Source of the DNA: an uncultured Opitutales bacterium
GTDB lineage: Bacteria; Verrucomicrobiota; Verrucomicrobiia; Opitutales; UBA9783
Length of the DNA: 31,606 nucleotides
Reading direction: 5' to 3'
NCBI GenBank assembly: GCA_934691225.1
Contig: CAKUSQ010000003.1
Location: 1-31,606, forward strand
Made by a program: the position numbers and the translations under genes. The notes beneath the pieces are model-generated. The model saw nothing but the letters and a program-made list of their open reading frames with translations, searched no databases and was not told the origin of the DNA. Numbering within the stretch: position 1 is the first letter of the stretch; every line of letters starts with the position of its first letter. Shown in pieces: positions 16,985 through 26,187 of the stretch.

Positions 16985-19071
16985 ACTGGGTACTATCTCT
17001 CGAACGAACTATAAACAAATATTCGCGTTTTAACGACGTTTTTCTTGCCATATTGGTGGTCATGATCATCGCTTTGATGATCGTACCTGTTCCGACGCAT
17101 GTGTTGGATGCACTTTTGTCGCTCAATTTAACAATTTCTGTTGTTTTGTTAATGATGGCGCTTTATATTCCCAATGTATTAGCATTTTCAACCTTCCCAA
17201 GTTTACTTTTATTTACAACATTGTTTCGATTAGCGCTCAACATTACAACTACACGTATGATTTTGTTGCACGCAGATGCAGGTGAAATTATTTTCACATT
17301 CGGACAATTCGTGGTAGGTGGTAATTTCGTTGTTGGTGCTGTCGTATTCTTAATCCTATTATTAGTACAATTCCTTGTTATTACGAAAGGTGCTGAACGT
17401 GTCGCTGAAGTCGCTGCTCGTTTCACTTTGGATGCTATGCCAGGTAAACAGATGAGTATCGATGCTGATATGCGTGCAGGTACTATCGATATGAACGAAG
17501 CGAAACGTCGTCGTTCTAATCTTGAACGTGAAAGCCAACTATATGGTGCCATGGATGGAGCCATGAAATTCGTTAAAGGAGACGCTATCGCTGGATTAAT
17601 CATAACCGCCATCAATATTGTAGCAGGTATTATTATCGGAGTTACTCAGAAAAATATGGAAATTGGCAAAGCTGTCACAACTTACTCCATTTTAACGATC
17701 GGAGATGGACTTGTTTCACAAATTCCAGCCCTACTTATCTCAATCACTTCTGGTATTATCGTTACCAAAGTCGGCTCGAGCGAAGGAGCTATATTAGGTC
17801 GCGATATTGGATCGCAATTTTTGAGTCAACCTAAAGCTTTACTTGTAGCCGGTTGCATGGTCGTCGTTATGATGCTCATGCCAGGTTTCCCTAAATTACC
17901 TTTTTTTGTTTTAGCTACAATCACTGTTGGAATTGGTTATGCTTTAAATTCAGCAAAAACCAATGCTGGCAAAAATGGTAAAAAAACTTCATTAACCCCT
18001 CAACATAAAGCTCCTGAAATTACGCAAGAGTCCTCTGAAAATACAGGTAATGAATTTTCTGTAACAACCCCACTTGTTTTAGATGTTGAACGTTCTATTG
18101 AGGATAGTATCGAACCTGATGTTTTAAATGAACAACTCATTCAAGTTAGACGCGCACTTTACCACGATTTAGGAGTACCTTTCCCAGGAACACATTTACG
18201 TTTTAACAGTGCACTTCCACAACATTCGTATCGAATTTTAATTAACGAAGTCCCTATTGCACAAGGTACTCTGTTACCCAATCATGTTATTGTTCGTGAA
18301 TCTAAAGAAAATCTAGAAATGCTTGGTGTACGTTTCATTGAAGATGAAAGTCCACTCCCTAATATTCAAGCTTTATGGGTACCTAATGAAGATATAAATT
18401 TGCTGGATAGTTCCAATATTGCGTACATGAAAACACCGCAAATCTTAACATTTCATTTATCTTACATATTGAAACGTTACGCCAGCGAGTTTTTGGGTAT
18501 TCAAGAATGCAAATTCTTGATAGAAAATATGGAACAAGATTTTCCGGAAATTATTAAAGAGGTTCAACGTGTGCTTCCTATTCAAAAAATAACGGAAATA
18601 TTTCAGCGACTCGTTCAAGAAGAAATTTCTATACGAAATCTAAAAACCATTTTTCAATGCCTAATTGATTGGGGACAAAAGGAAAAAGAACCTGTATTGC
18701 TGGCCGATTATGTTCGATCCACATTACGACGCTACATTAGTTTCAAATTCAGTGAAGGTAATAACGTTTTGTCGGTTTACTTATTAGATCCTAAAATCGA
18801 AGAAATTATTCGCAAAGCCATTCGACAAACATCTGCTGGAAGTTACTTGGCTTTAGATCCACCGACCGCTAAAAAGATCATTAAAGTTATTAAGGAAGAA
18901 GTTGGAACCGTAAGCCTTCATGAGCACCGCCCTGCCCTATTAACTTCCATGGATATTCGACGTTACGTTCGAAAATTAATTGAGATGGAATTGTACGACC
19001 TTCCTGTGTTATCACACCAAGAACTCACAGAAGAAATTACCATCCGGCCTCTAAGTCGAATCCACCTTTAA
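16981..19071 (+). CDS. sctV: Type III secretion export-gate protein SctV (YscV/LcrD/CdsV; FHIPEP family)
   Basis: FHIPEP signature VITKGAERVAEVAARFTLDAMPGKQMSIDADMRAG, plus MKFVKGDAIAGLII. Eight TM helices, a linker and a cytoplasmic domain with RQTSAGSYLALDP and SMDIRRYVRKLIE. Injectisome-type rather than FlhA-type by these blocks. Confidence 0.95.
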   Translation: MNWVLSLERTINKYSRFNDVFLAILVVMIIALMIVPVPTHVLDALLSLNLTISVVLLMMALYIPNVLAFSTFPSLLLFTTLFRLALNITTTRMILLHADAGEIIFTFGQFVVGGNFVVGAVVFLILLLVQFLVITKGAERVAEVAARFTLDAMPGKQMSIDADMRAGTIDMNEAKRRRSNLERESQLYGAMDGAMKFVKGDAIAGLIITAINIVAGIIIGVTQKNMEIGKAVTTYSILTIGDGLVSQIPALLISITSGIIVTKVGSSEGAILGRDIGSQFLSQPKALLVAGCMVVVMMLMPGFPKLPFFVLATITVGIGYALNSAKTNAGKNGKKTSLTPQHKAPEITQESSENTGNEFSVTTPLVLDVERSIEDSIEPDVLNEQLIQVRRALYHDLGVPFPGTHLRFNSALPQHSYRILINEVPIAQGTLLPNHVIVRESKENLEMLGVRFIEDESPLPNIQALWVPNEDINLLDSSNIAYMKTPQILTFHLSYILKRYASEFLGIQECKFLIENMEQDFPEIIKEVQRVLPIQKITEIFQRLVQEEISIRNLKTIFQCLIDWGQKEKEPVLLADYVRSTLRRYISFKFSEGNNVLSVYLLDPKIEEIIRKAIRQTSAGSYLALDPPTAKKIIKVIKEEVGTVSLHEHRPALLTSMDIRRYVRKLIEMELYDLPVLSHQELTEEITIRPLSRIHL

Positions 19072-19072
19072 T

Positions 19073-20698
19073 TTAACTTTTTGCTAACTGCAATGCTTGC
19101 TCTAATGTACGATTAAACTTATCGTCATTAGATGCATCCCACAAGCGCGCTTTTAACATCCTCTCACACACAAGGTCATTAGCTTCGCAAAATAAAATCT
19201 GAATCGATTTGTTCGATAAAACAACTTCCAATGAACGTAAGGAATCAATAGCACTGACATCAATAAATGGCACATGTTTTAATCGAATAATAATCGTTTT
19301 AACAGAATCATTTACACTGGATAAAGCCGCTTGAAATGTATCGATTGCTCCAAAGAAAAAAGGCCCTTCAATGGAATAAATGCTGACACCTTGCGGAATA
19401 TCCACATTTATCTGCTCATGATGAAGCTCTTCAATAGTATTATGCTCAATCTGAACTGTTTTTGCCATACGCCGCATAAACAATAAAGTAGACAGTACAA
19501 CCCCTATGTTAACAGCTACAACCAAATCAACAAAAACAGTTAAAAAAAACGTGATTAAAAGTACAAATCGATCAGATTTTGGTGCTGTTGTTAAAATTCG
19601 CATAAAACGTTTCCCATCGCTCATATTATAAGAAACAACAAACAGAACAGCCGACAAAGCAGCTATAGGAATATTTTTTGCTAATGGTGCTAATGTTAAA
19701 ATAAACAAAATAATTGTAAAACAATGAACGATACCTGCTACCGGTGAATTGCCCCCACTTTTAATGTTTGTAGCCGTTCTAGCGATGGCTCCAGTAGCTG
19801 CAAAACCACCTAATAAAGGTGAAAATATATTGGCAATTCCTTGACCCATTAATTCTTGATTCGAATTATGATGCGTTCCTATCATACTGTCCGCCACTGC
19901 AGCTGATAATAAAGATTCTATCGCTCCTAATAATGCAATGGTAAATGCAGGTCCCATCAATTCTGCTATCAAATGAAAAGAACACGGCGGCATTGTAAAG
20001 CTAGGTAATTTTTGTGGAATTCCACCAAAAGCAGAACCTAGCGTCGCGACCGAATCAAATTTAAAAATCCCTTGAAATATGGTAGCTACCACCAATGCTA
20101 TTAAAAAACCAGGGATCGGTTTTAAGTATTTATTTGTAAAAATAATCAGGCACAAACTTCCTATCGAAACAAGCGTCGTTGTCACATCAATTGTGCCAAA
20201 AGCATGAAAAAGATCAACTATTTTCGAACATATACTGGCATTTTTAAAATAAACATTTAACCCAAAGAAATCTTTCCACTGCCCGATCCATATGGTAATT
20301 GCTACGCCTGAAGTAAATCCAACAATAACCGGTTCTGGTATGTATTTTATGATGGAACCCAATTTAAAAATTCCCATAAACAACAAAAATATTCCTGCTA
20401 ACAATGTAGCTAAACGCAAACCATCTACCCCATATTTCTGCGTAATACCACACAATATAACAACAAATGCACCCGTAGGTCCCGCGATTTGCACTCGGCT
20501 TCCACCCATAACGGATACAAAAAATCCAGCTACAATAGCGGTATATAAACCATTTTCAGGAGGCACTCCCGAAGCTATTGAAAATGCCATAGCTAATGGT
20601 AGTGCAACAACTCCTACCACAATTCCAGGTAACACATTCGCTAAACAATTTTTTAATGAAAATAAACCACTACGATAAGCTTCCCTTACGACTAACAT
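19073..20698 (-). CDS. SulP-family anion permease with C-terminal STAS domain
   Basis: Polytopic N-terminal domain (GVVALPLAMAFSIASGVPPENGLYTAIVAGF...GPTGAFVVIL). C-terminal STAS domain (VSIYSIEGPFFFGAIDTF...IRLKHVPFIDVSAIDSL). Confidence 0.9.
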   Translation of the reverse strand: MLVVREAYRSGLFSLKNCLANVLPGIVVGVVALPLAMAFSIASGVPPENGLYTAIVAGFFVSVMGGSRVQIAGPTGAFVVILCGITQKYGVDGLRLATLLAGIFLLFMGIFKLGSIIKYIPEPVIVGFTSGVAITIWIGQWKDFFGLNVYFKNASICSKIVDLFHAFGTIDVTTTLVSIGSLCLIIFTNKYLKPIPGFLIALVVATIFQGIFKFDSVATLGSAFGGIPQKLPSFTMPPCSFHLIAELMGPAFTIALLGAIESLLSAAVADSMIGTHHNSNQELMGQGIANIFSPLLGGFAATGAIARTATNIKSGGNSPVAGIVHCFTIILFILTLAPLAKNIPIAALSAVLFVVSYNMSDGKRFMRILTTAPKSDRFVLLITFFLTVFVDLVVAVNIGVVLSTLLFMRRMAKTVQIEHNTIEELHHEQINVDIPQGVSIYSIEGPFFFGAIDTFQAALSSVNDSVKTIIIRLKHVPFIDVSAIDSLRSLEVVLSNKSIQILFCEANDLVCERMLKARLWDASNDDKFNRTLEQALQLAKS

Positions 20699-20783
20699 AA
20701 ATTATAGACATTAATGGGCAAGAGCGTTTACTCATACCCATAATATGTCAAGCTAAATAGCAAAAATAAAGGAATATTTCATG

Positions 20784-21791
20784 TTATCCTTCACATTTAA
20801 CTTCATTTACAAGCGGTTCATGTTTTAAATATGCAGTTACATTCTCTAATGTTGTTGTCGCTATATTGGTTAAAGCTTCCTGTGTAAAAAATGCCTGATG
20901 CGAACTAACAATTACATTATTGAACGACAATAAACGAGCTAAAACATCATCTTCAATCGGCTGATTGGATCGATCTGCATAAAAATAATCATTTTCATTT
21001 TCATAAACATCGAGCGCTGCAGAACCAATTATACGCTTTTTTAAACCACGAATAAGCGCATGTGTATCGATCAACGGACCACGTCCTGTGTTAATAATCA
21101 TAACCCCTGGTTTCATTCGATCAATAGCTGCATCGTTAATGATATGGTGACTTTCTGGTGTTAATGGGCAATGTAAAGAAATAATATCAGATGCTTCAAA
21201 CAAATGATTCAAATCGGTATACGTAACATTGTATTTTTTAGCAAACGCTTCATCTGGATAAATATCATAGGCTAATAAATGAACGCCAAAACCACTTAAC
21301 AACTGTATCAATACTTTTGCTATTTTCCCAGTACCGATGATACCAATTGTTTTTTCGTGCATATCAAATCCCATTAACCCTGTAAGCGAAAAATTTCCTT
21401 CGCGCGTTCGGTTGGTAGCCTTGCAAATATGTCGATTAGAAGCTAACATCAAACCTAAAGCATATTCCGCCACTGCATAAGGAGAATAGGCAGGTACACG
21501 AACAACTTTTAACTTCCCTTCTGCGGCTTTTAAATCAACATTGTTAAAACCAGCACACCTCAAAGCCAATAAACGCGTTCCATTTTTATGTAAAACATTA
21601 ATAACTTCTGCATCAACTGTATCATTAACAAATACGCAAACAACTTCACTGCCTTGCGCTAAACTAACCGTATCTGCGTTCAAATTAACCTTAAAAAATT
21701 TAAAACGAAAACCAAATTGTTTTTCTTCATTAATAAGATTAAAAAATCGTTCATCGTACGGCTGTGAACCAAAAAAAGCAATCGTAACCAT
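20784..21791 (-). CDS. ldhA: D-lactate dehydrogenase / D-isomer-specific 2-hydroxyacid dehydrogenase
   Basis: ALRCAGFNNVDL, VVRVPAYSPYAVAEYA, NAD site GIIGTGKIAKV, SLHCPLTPESHHII, INTGRGPLID and catalytic His in SSHQAFFT. ATG 21791 (MVTIAFFGSQPYD) matches LdhA N-termini and the promoter geometry. The ORF-track TTG 21827 lies inside the -35 hexamer. Confidence 0.9.
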   Translation of the reverse strand: MVTIAFFGSQPYDERFFNLINEEKQFGFRFKFFKVNLNADTVSLAQGSEVVCVFVNDTVDAEVINVLHKNGTRLLALRCAGFNNVDLKAAEGKLKVVRVPAYSPYAVAEYALGLMLASNRHICKATNRTREGNFSLTGLMGFDMHEKTIGIIGTGKIAKVLIQLLSGFGVHLLAYDIYPDEAFAKKYNVTYTDLNHLFEASDIISLHCPLTPESHHIINDAAIDRMKPGVMIINTGRGPLIDTHALIRGLKKRIIGSAALDVYENENDYFYADRSNQPIEDDVLARLLSFNNVIVSSHQAFFTQEALTNIATTTLENVTAYLKHEPLVNEVKCEG

Positions 21792-21798
21792 AAAGTTC

Positions 21799-21827
21799 AT
21801 TTTATCGAAGTCTTTTAAGAACAACAA
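21799..21827 (-). promoter_or_regulatory. Candidate promoter of ldhA, leaderless geometry
   Basis: Minus strand: TTGTTG (21827-21822), 17 nt, TAAAAT (21804-21799), 7 nt, ATG 21791. Confidence 0.45.
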
Positions 21828-21931
21828 GTTATTTTTTACCTAATATAAATAATTCTTGCTCTTATTTATTCTAATAAGTCAACGTTTATCATTGAATTAT
21901 AAAAAACAACCTATATCTTTTACTTGTAGAT

Positions 21932-23749
21932 ATGGTTTGCTTCGATGCATCACGTTCCAATTTTGGTCGCATAAAGTTTTTACAATTCGTTATTGCGATG
22001 ATGTTTATTGCTCTAGCTGTAACCATTTTCTATCGACAATATTTGGAATTTTATACCTATAATCAACTGGGGGAAAAACAATGCCTAAGACGCATTTTAT
22101 ATCCAGGGATACGCGGCACTATTTACGATCGTAATGGGCATGTTTTAGCAACGCATCGCGATACCTACTGTCTAAACGTTGATCTAAACTATTTCAGACA
22201 GAAATTTGAAAGCTTTTGCAAAAAAAACAAAGAACAACAAGCGCAACAAGAACAATTGTGGGCCTTGGTACATGATGCTTTATTGCCTTATGCACAAAAA
22301 GTAGGACCTATTCCTTTTCACATTTCACCCAAAAAATTGCTACAGCACTATCGGCAGAATATTTTATTACCATTAACCCTTGCACGCGATTTACCCGATG
22401 AACTTTATGCAAAATTGTTAAACATTTTTCCGGTAAATGGTGCATTTAACGTAAATATCGAAAAAATTCGTTATTATCCTTACGGTTCATCCGCTTGTCA
22501 TGTATTGGGATTTGTATCTAAAACATCTGAGTTGCAAGCAGATAATTTACCTGGCAATTCATTACGAACTTTTTTCTTATCCAAAGAAAAAGGTAGGACG
22601 GGAATTGAAGCTTTCTATGATGAACAATTAAGCGGATACAACGGTGGCGACATTTGGCGTGTAACACCTTCAGGCCAAGAACAAGCACGTCTAATATCTA
22701 TACCCAGCATTAATGGTCGTGATATTCAATTAACGTTAGACATTGAACTTCAAAAAGTGTGTGAAAACGCATTAGGAAACGTTAAAGGTTCTGTATCCAT
22801 TATCGATGTTAATAATGGAGATGTTTTGGCTATGGTTAGCAAACCTGATTTTGATCTAAATCAATTAATGCCCTACATTTCAAAACAAACTTTTGATAAT
22901 ATCACACAAAACGGCGCTTGGCTCAATCGAGCTATTCAAGGTCTTTATCCACCAGGCTCTACCTTTAAATTAATTTCTTTTTCAGCCATGTTGCGTCACA
23001 ACATCATTAACAAAACATCTATGTTCAATTGCACAGGATCGTACAAAATTGGTAATCGTTACTTTAAATGTCACAAACATAGTGGTCATGGATTTATAAA
23101 CACACTCCAAGCTATTCAACAAAGTTGTAATCCTTTCGTTTTTAAGTATTGTTTGCCATTAGGTGCAGAAAAACTATACCAAGAAGCTTGTTTCTATTTT
23201 TTGAACGTACCTTCAGGAATTGATTTACCTTATGAGACAAAAAAAATGTTCATTCCATCACCTCAATGGAAAAAGCAACGCCTTGGTGAACGATGGACAG
23301 AAGGGGATACTGCTAATATGTGTATTGGTCAAGGATATTTGCTTATAACTCCATTTAAGATGGCTTGCTTTGCGGCAGCTTTAGCTAAAAATCGAAATGT
23401 TTTCATTCCTCATATTGTACAAAATTCTCCATGGACATTTTCTAAAGCTTTACCTGATCAAGCTTGGGAACCCCTTATCACAGGGATGTCGAAAGTTGGA
23501 GAACATTATATTAATTTCATGCCCACCGCTATAAAAACAGGAACAGCTCAAGTAAAAATTGCTAACGAAGATAAATACAAACATATCGGTTGGATGGTAG
23601 GATTCGCACCTGTAAAAAATCCACAAATTGCTTTTTGCATTGAAATCGAACAGGATGATTCAACCGATAATTTTTGGGGTGGGCAAATGTGTGCGCCTAT
23701 TGCTCAAACCTTTTTGCGCAAATATTTTAAAATAAAAATGTTTAAGTAG
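21932..23749 (+). CDS. mrdA: Penicillin-binding protein 2 (class B transpeptidase, elongation type)
   Basis: N-terminal TM anchor, PBP dimerisation domain (RGTIYDRNGHVLA), and transpeptidase motifs STFK (PPGSTFKL), SCN (QQSCNPF) and KTG (IKTGTAQ). Not flanked by mreBCD or rodA. Confidence 0.9.
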   Translation: MVCFDASRSNFGRIKFLQFVIAMMFIALAVTIFYRQYLEFYTYNQLGEKQCLRRILYPGIRGTIYDRNGHVLATHRDTYCLNVDLNYFRQKFESFCKKNKEQQAQQEQLWALVHDALLPYAQKVGPIPFHISPKKLLQHYRQNILLPLTLARDLPDELYAKLLNIFPVNGAFNVNIEKIRYYPYGSSACHVLGFVSKTSELQADNLPGNSLRTFFLSKEKGRTGIEAFYDEQLSGYNGGDIWRVTPSGQEQARLISIPSINGRDIQLTLDIELQKVCENALGNVKGSVSIIDVNNGDVLAMVSKPDFDLNQLMPYISKQTFDNITQNGAWLNRAIQGLYPPGSTFKLISFSAMLRHNIINKTSMFNCTGSYKIGNRYFKCHKHSGHGFINTLQAIQQSCNPFVFKYCLPLGAEKLYQEACFYFLNVPSGIDLPYETKKMFIPSPQWKKQRLGERWTEGDTANMCIGQGYLLITPFKMACFAAALAKNRNVFIPHIVQNSPWTFSKALPDQAWEPLITGMSKVGEHYINFMPTAIKTGTAQVKIANEDKYKHIGWMVGFAPVKNPQIAFCIEIEQDDSTDNFWGGQMCAPIAQTFLRKYFKIKMFK

Positions 23750-23762
23750 ACTGTGTTTTTAC

Positions 23763-23791
23763 TTGCCTTTTTAGAAAAAACATGATTCATT
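23763..23791 (+). promoter_or_regulatory. Weak candidate promoter of gpmA, leaderless geometry
   Basis: TTGCCT (23763-23768), 17 nt, TTCATT (23786-23791), 6 nt, ATG 23798. Both hexamers are poor matches; support comes mainly from geometry shared with other units. Confidence 0.25.
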
Positions 23792-23797
23792 GTATGC

Positions 23798-24544
23798 ATG
23801 AAGCGTTTAGTTTTATTGAGGCATGGTGAAAGCCTTTGGAACCAAGAAAACCGTTTTACAGGTTGGACAGATGTTGATTTGTCGGAAAAAGGACGCCAAG
23901 AAGCACAAAACGCTGCTCATTTGCTATCACAAAATGGATTTTCATTTGATCAAGCTTATACATCTGTTTTAAAGCGAGCCATAAGAACACTATGGATTGT
24001 ATTGGATAAACTGAATTTAATGTGGATTCCTGTGGAACATGCTTGGCAACTAAATGAACGTCATTATGGAGCTTTGCAAGGCCTCAACAAAACTGAAACC
24101 GCTCAAAAATATGGCGAAGAACAGGTGCATGTATGGCGTCGAAGTTACGATGTATGTCCGCCGAAATTAGAAGCCGATGATCCTAGGTTTTCAGGGAAAG
24201 ATCCACGTTATGCTTCCATTTCGCCTCAGCAAATTCCACAAGGGGAATGTTTAAAAGATACATTGGATCGGCTGCTTCCTTATTGGCATTCGAATATACG
24301 CCCTACCATTCAGCAAGGGAAAAATGTTTTAATTGTAGCTCATGGAAATTCTTTGCGTGCCCTCATTCAATTCTTAGATAACATGACTAATGATCAAATT
24401 ACTCAGTTGAATATTCCAACCGGCACTCCATTAGTCTACGAATTAGATGATAATTTAAAGCCAAAAACACATTATTATCTTGGCAATGCAGATGAAATTG
24501 AACAAGCAACACAGGCAGTTGCAAATCAAAGTTTATGTCATTGA
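23798..24544 (+). CDS. gpmA: 2,3-bisphosphoglycerate-dependent phosphoglycerate mutase
   Basis: [26 protein letters not shown] (RHGE motif), ERHYGALQG and [10 protein letters not shown]. Confidence 0.95.
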   Translation: MKRLVLLRHGESLWNQENRFTGWTDVDLSEKGRQEAQNAAHLLSQNGFSFDQAYTSVLKRAIRTLWIVLDKLNLMWIPVEHAWQLNERHYGALQGLNKTETAQKYGEEQVHVWRRSYDVCPPKLEADDPRFSGKDPRYASISPQQIPQGECLKDTLDRLLPYWHSNIRPTIQQGKNVLIVAHGNSLRALIQFLDNMTNDQITQLNIPTGTPLVYELDDNLKPKTHYYLGNADEIEQATQAVANQSLCH

Positions 24545-25023
24545 AAAAAGGTTATACATTTCTTGAATTACTTATCTGTTTAATTGTTGTTGGAATTTTA
24601 GTAAGTTTAGCGGGTTTCGTTTTTAAAAATGCAAAATGTTCCCATAAAGTAGATACCTTTATACAAGAACTTACTATTCTTCGCAATGCTTTTGCAGGCT
24701 ATTATGAAGCTCAAGGTAGTTTTGAAGCTGATATTGAAAACACGGCTCTAACAGACTCCGCGTTTAATTCTTACAGACCTTACTGGTATCCTTTTGTGCC
24801 ATCGCAATCCAAAGTGGTAGAAGGTGCTTATTGGTGTGCTAAGATCGATCAAAATAATCCCAAATCAAGTTACGTTCAACTTCATATAAATAATAGGTGT
24901 GCAAGCTTAAACTCCAAAGAAATTGAATTATTGAAAAAGAAACTTAAAGGCGTATGCAAGTTTACAGCTGAAAATAATCAGCATTTTTGCTATATTCTTT
25001 CCATGTCTGATGATGCTTTATGA
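24535..25023 (+). CDS. Prepilin-type N-terminal cleavage/methylation domain protein (GspG/pseudopilin-like)
   Basis: MSLKK-G|[20 protein letters not shown]: Gly at -1, Glu at +5 and a hydrophobic helix. This is followed by a pilin-like helix ([25 protein letters not shown]) and a Cys-containing C-terminal domain. Start overlaps gpmA by 10 nt; stop overlaps the kinase ATG. Confidence 0.75.
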   Translation: MSLKKGYTFLELLICLIVVGILVSLAGFVFKNAKCSHKVDTFIQELTILRNAFAGYYEAQGSFEADIENTALTDSAFNSYRPYWYPFVPSQSKVVEGAYWCAKIDQNNPKSSYVQLHINNRCASLNSKEIELLKKKLKGVCKFTAENNQHFCYILSMSDDAL

Positions 25024-26186
25024 AAAAAAATGTTCGTGATAAATTGTACGCACGTTTATCATCGCTTAACAAGGCTGAGCTCAATAATTTACTGCAATAC
25101 TTTGATCGCGAACGTAATTTGCTCAATTCAATCATCAATGTTTTACAGGAAGCTGTTTTGCTTGTTGACCAAAAGGGAACCATTAATTTCTACAATGATG
25201 CTGCCTCATCGCTTTTAGGATTGCCTAAAAACCACAAACAACTTGCCCCATTATGGCACTGGATGCCTAGTTTAAAACCATTTTTTACCACCACAGAAGA
25301 TAATTTATATCCCGATGTTTTTTCTAAAGAAACCGATTTAATATATCCAGAAAATAAATGGGTTCGCGTCCATATACAGCATTTTCCAGAGTGTTATAAT
25401 CATTGTTGCTTTATCGCACTTATTCAAGATATTACACAAGAAACACAAGAAAACGAAGAGCGACTCATTCAAGAACGTTTTGACTCAGTTGTTCAGTTGG
25501 CATCTGAAGTGGCTCATGAACTTGGAAATCCACTAAACTCCATGGGAATTCACCTTCAGTTAATTCAGCGTGCATTAAGTTCCATAGACCTTCCAGAAAA
25601 TGTAAAACATTCCATAAACATTTGTCAAAACGAGATTCATCGTTTGGATGAAATCATTGAACATTTTTTGCAAGCTGTCCGTCCTCGAGAACTTTGTTTA
25701 AAAAAAGGTGATGTGGTTGGTATTTTAAAAGACGTTGTGTCCGTACTCAAACCACAATTAGAAAACTTAAATATTACTATCGATATCAAGGTACAAGGAA
25801 ATTTATCACCTGTTTTACTCGATAAAGCTCGCCTACATCAAGCTTTTTTCAACGTGATAAAAAATGCAATTGAAGCTATTGGAACCCATGGATGGATTCG
25901 AATTTCATGCTACCAAAATGATTGCTATCTCACGGTTGCTTTTGCTGACTCTGGCTGTGGCATTTCCGGAACTCAAGCAGCTAAAATGTTTTCAAATGCA
26001 AATCAATCAACGAAATCACAAGGACACGGTATTGGCATGTTGATCATTCGACGCATTTTAAGGGAACATCATGGTTATGTTGAAATAGAAAGTAAAGCCA
26101 ATGTAGGTTCTATCCTTTACTTGAAAATTCCTTTGTCAGAACAATCACTAAAAAAATTGGACACTACGCACTCAAAACAGCTGTAA
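25020..26186 (+). CDS. Soluble PAS-domain sensor histidine kinase (NtrB/AtoS-like), no adjacent response regulator
   Basis: No TM segment. PAS-like region (LLNSIINVLQEAVLLVDQKGTINFYNDAASSLLG), H-box EVAHELGNPLNSM, N-box FFNVIKNAIEAI, G1 ADSGCGIS and G2 GHGIGMLIIRRIL. Confidence 0.9.
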   Translation: MKKNVRDKLYARLSSLNKAELNNLLQYFDRERNLLNSIINVLQEAVLLVDQKGTINFYNDAASSLLGLPKNHKQLAPLWHWMPSLKPFFTTTEDNLYPDVFSKETDLIYPENKWVRVHIQHFPECYNHCCFIALIQDITQETQENEERLIQERFDSVVQLASEVAHELGNPLNSMGIHLQLIQRALSSIDLPENVKHSINICQNEIHRLDEIIEHFLQAVRPRELCLKKGDVVGILKDVVSVLKPQLENLNITIDIKVQGNLSPVLLDKARLHQAFFNVIKNAIEAIGTHGWIRISCYQNDCYLTVAFADSGCGISGTQAAKMFSNANQSTKSQGHGIGMLIIRRILREHHGYVEIESKANVGSILYLKIPLSEQSLKKLDTTHSKQL

Positions 26187-26187
26187 G

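Noticed and set aside
17163-17615. 150-aa minus-strand ORF inside the most conserved part of sctV.
   Set aside because: It mirrors the FHIPEP core region, whose codon bias suppresses stops on the opposite strand. The product has no recognisable features.
20701-20751. Perfect TTGACA (20751-20746) and perfect TATAAT (20706-20701) on the minus strand upstream of SulP.
   Set aside because: The hexamers are 39 nt apart and TATAAT ends only 2 nt before the ATG, so they cannot form one promoter. I could not pair either with a suitable partner.
21856-22062. 68-aa plus-strand ORF overlapping the PBP2 start, and a 62-aa ORF at 25030-25218 inside the kinase gene (same strand, other frame).
   Set aside because: Both are out-of-frame overlaps with well-supported genes, and they lack motifs and start signals.
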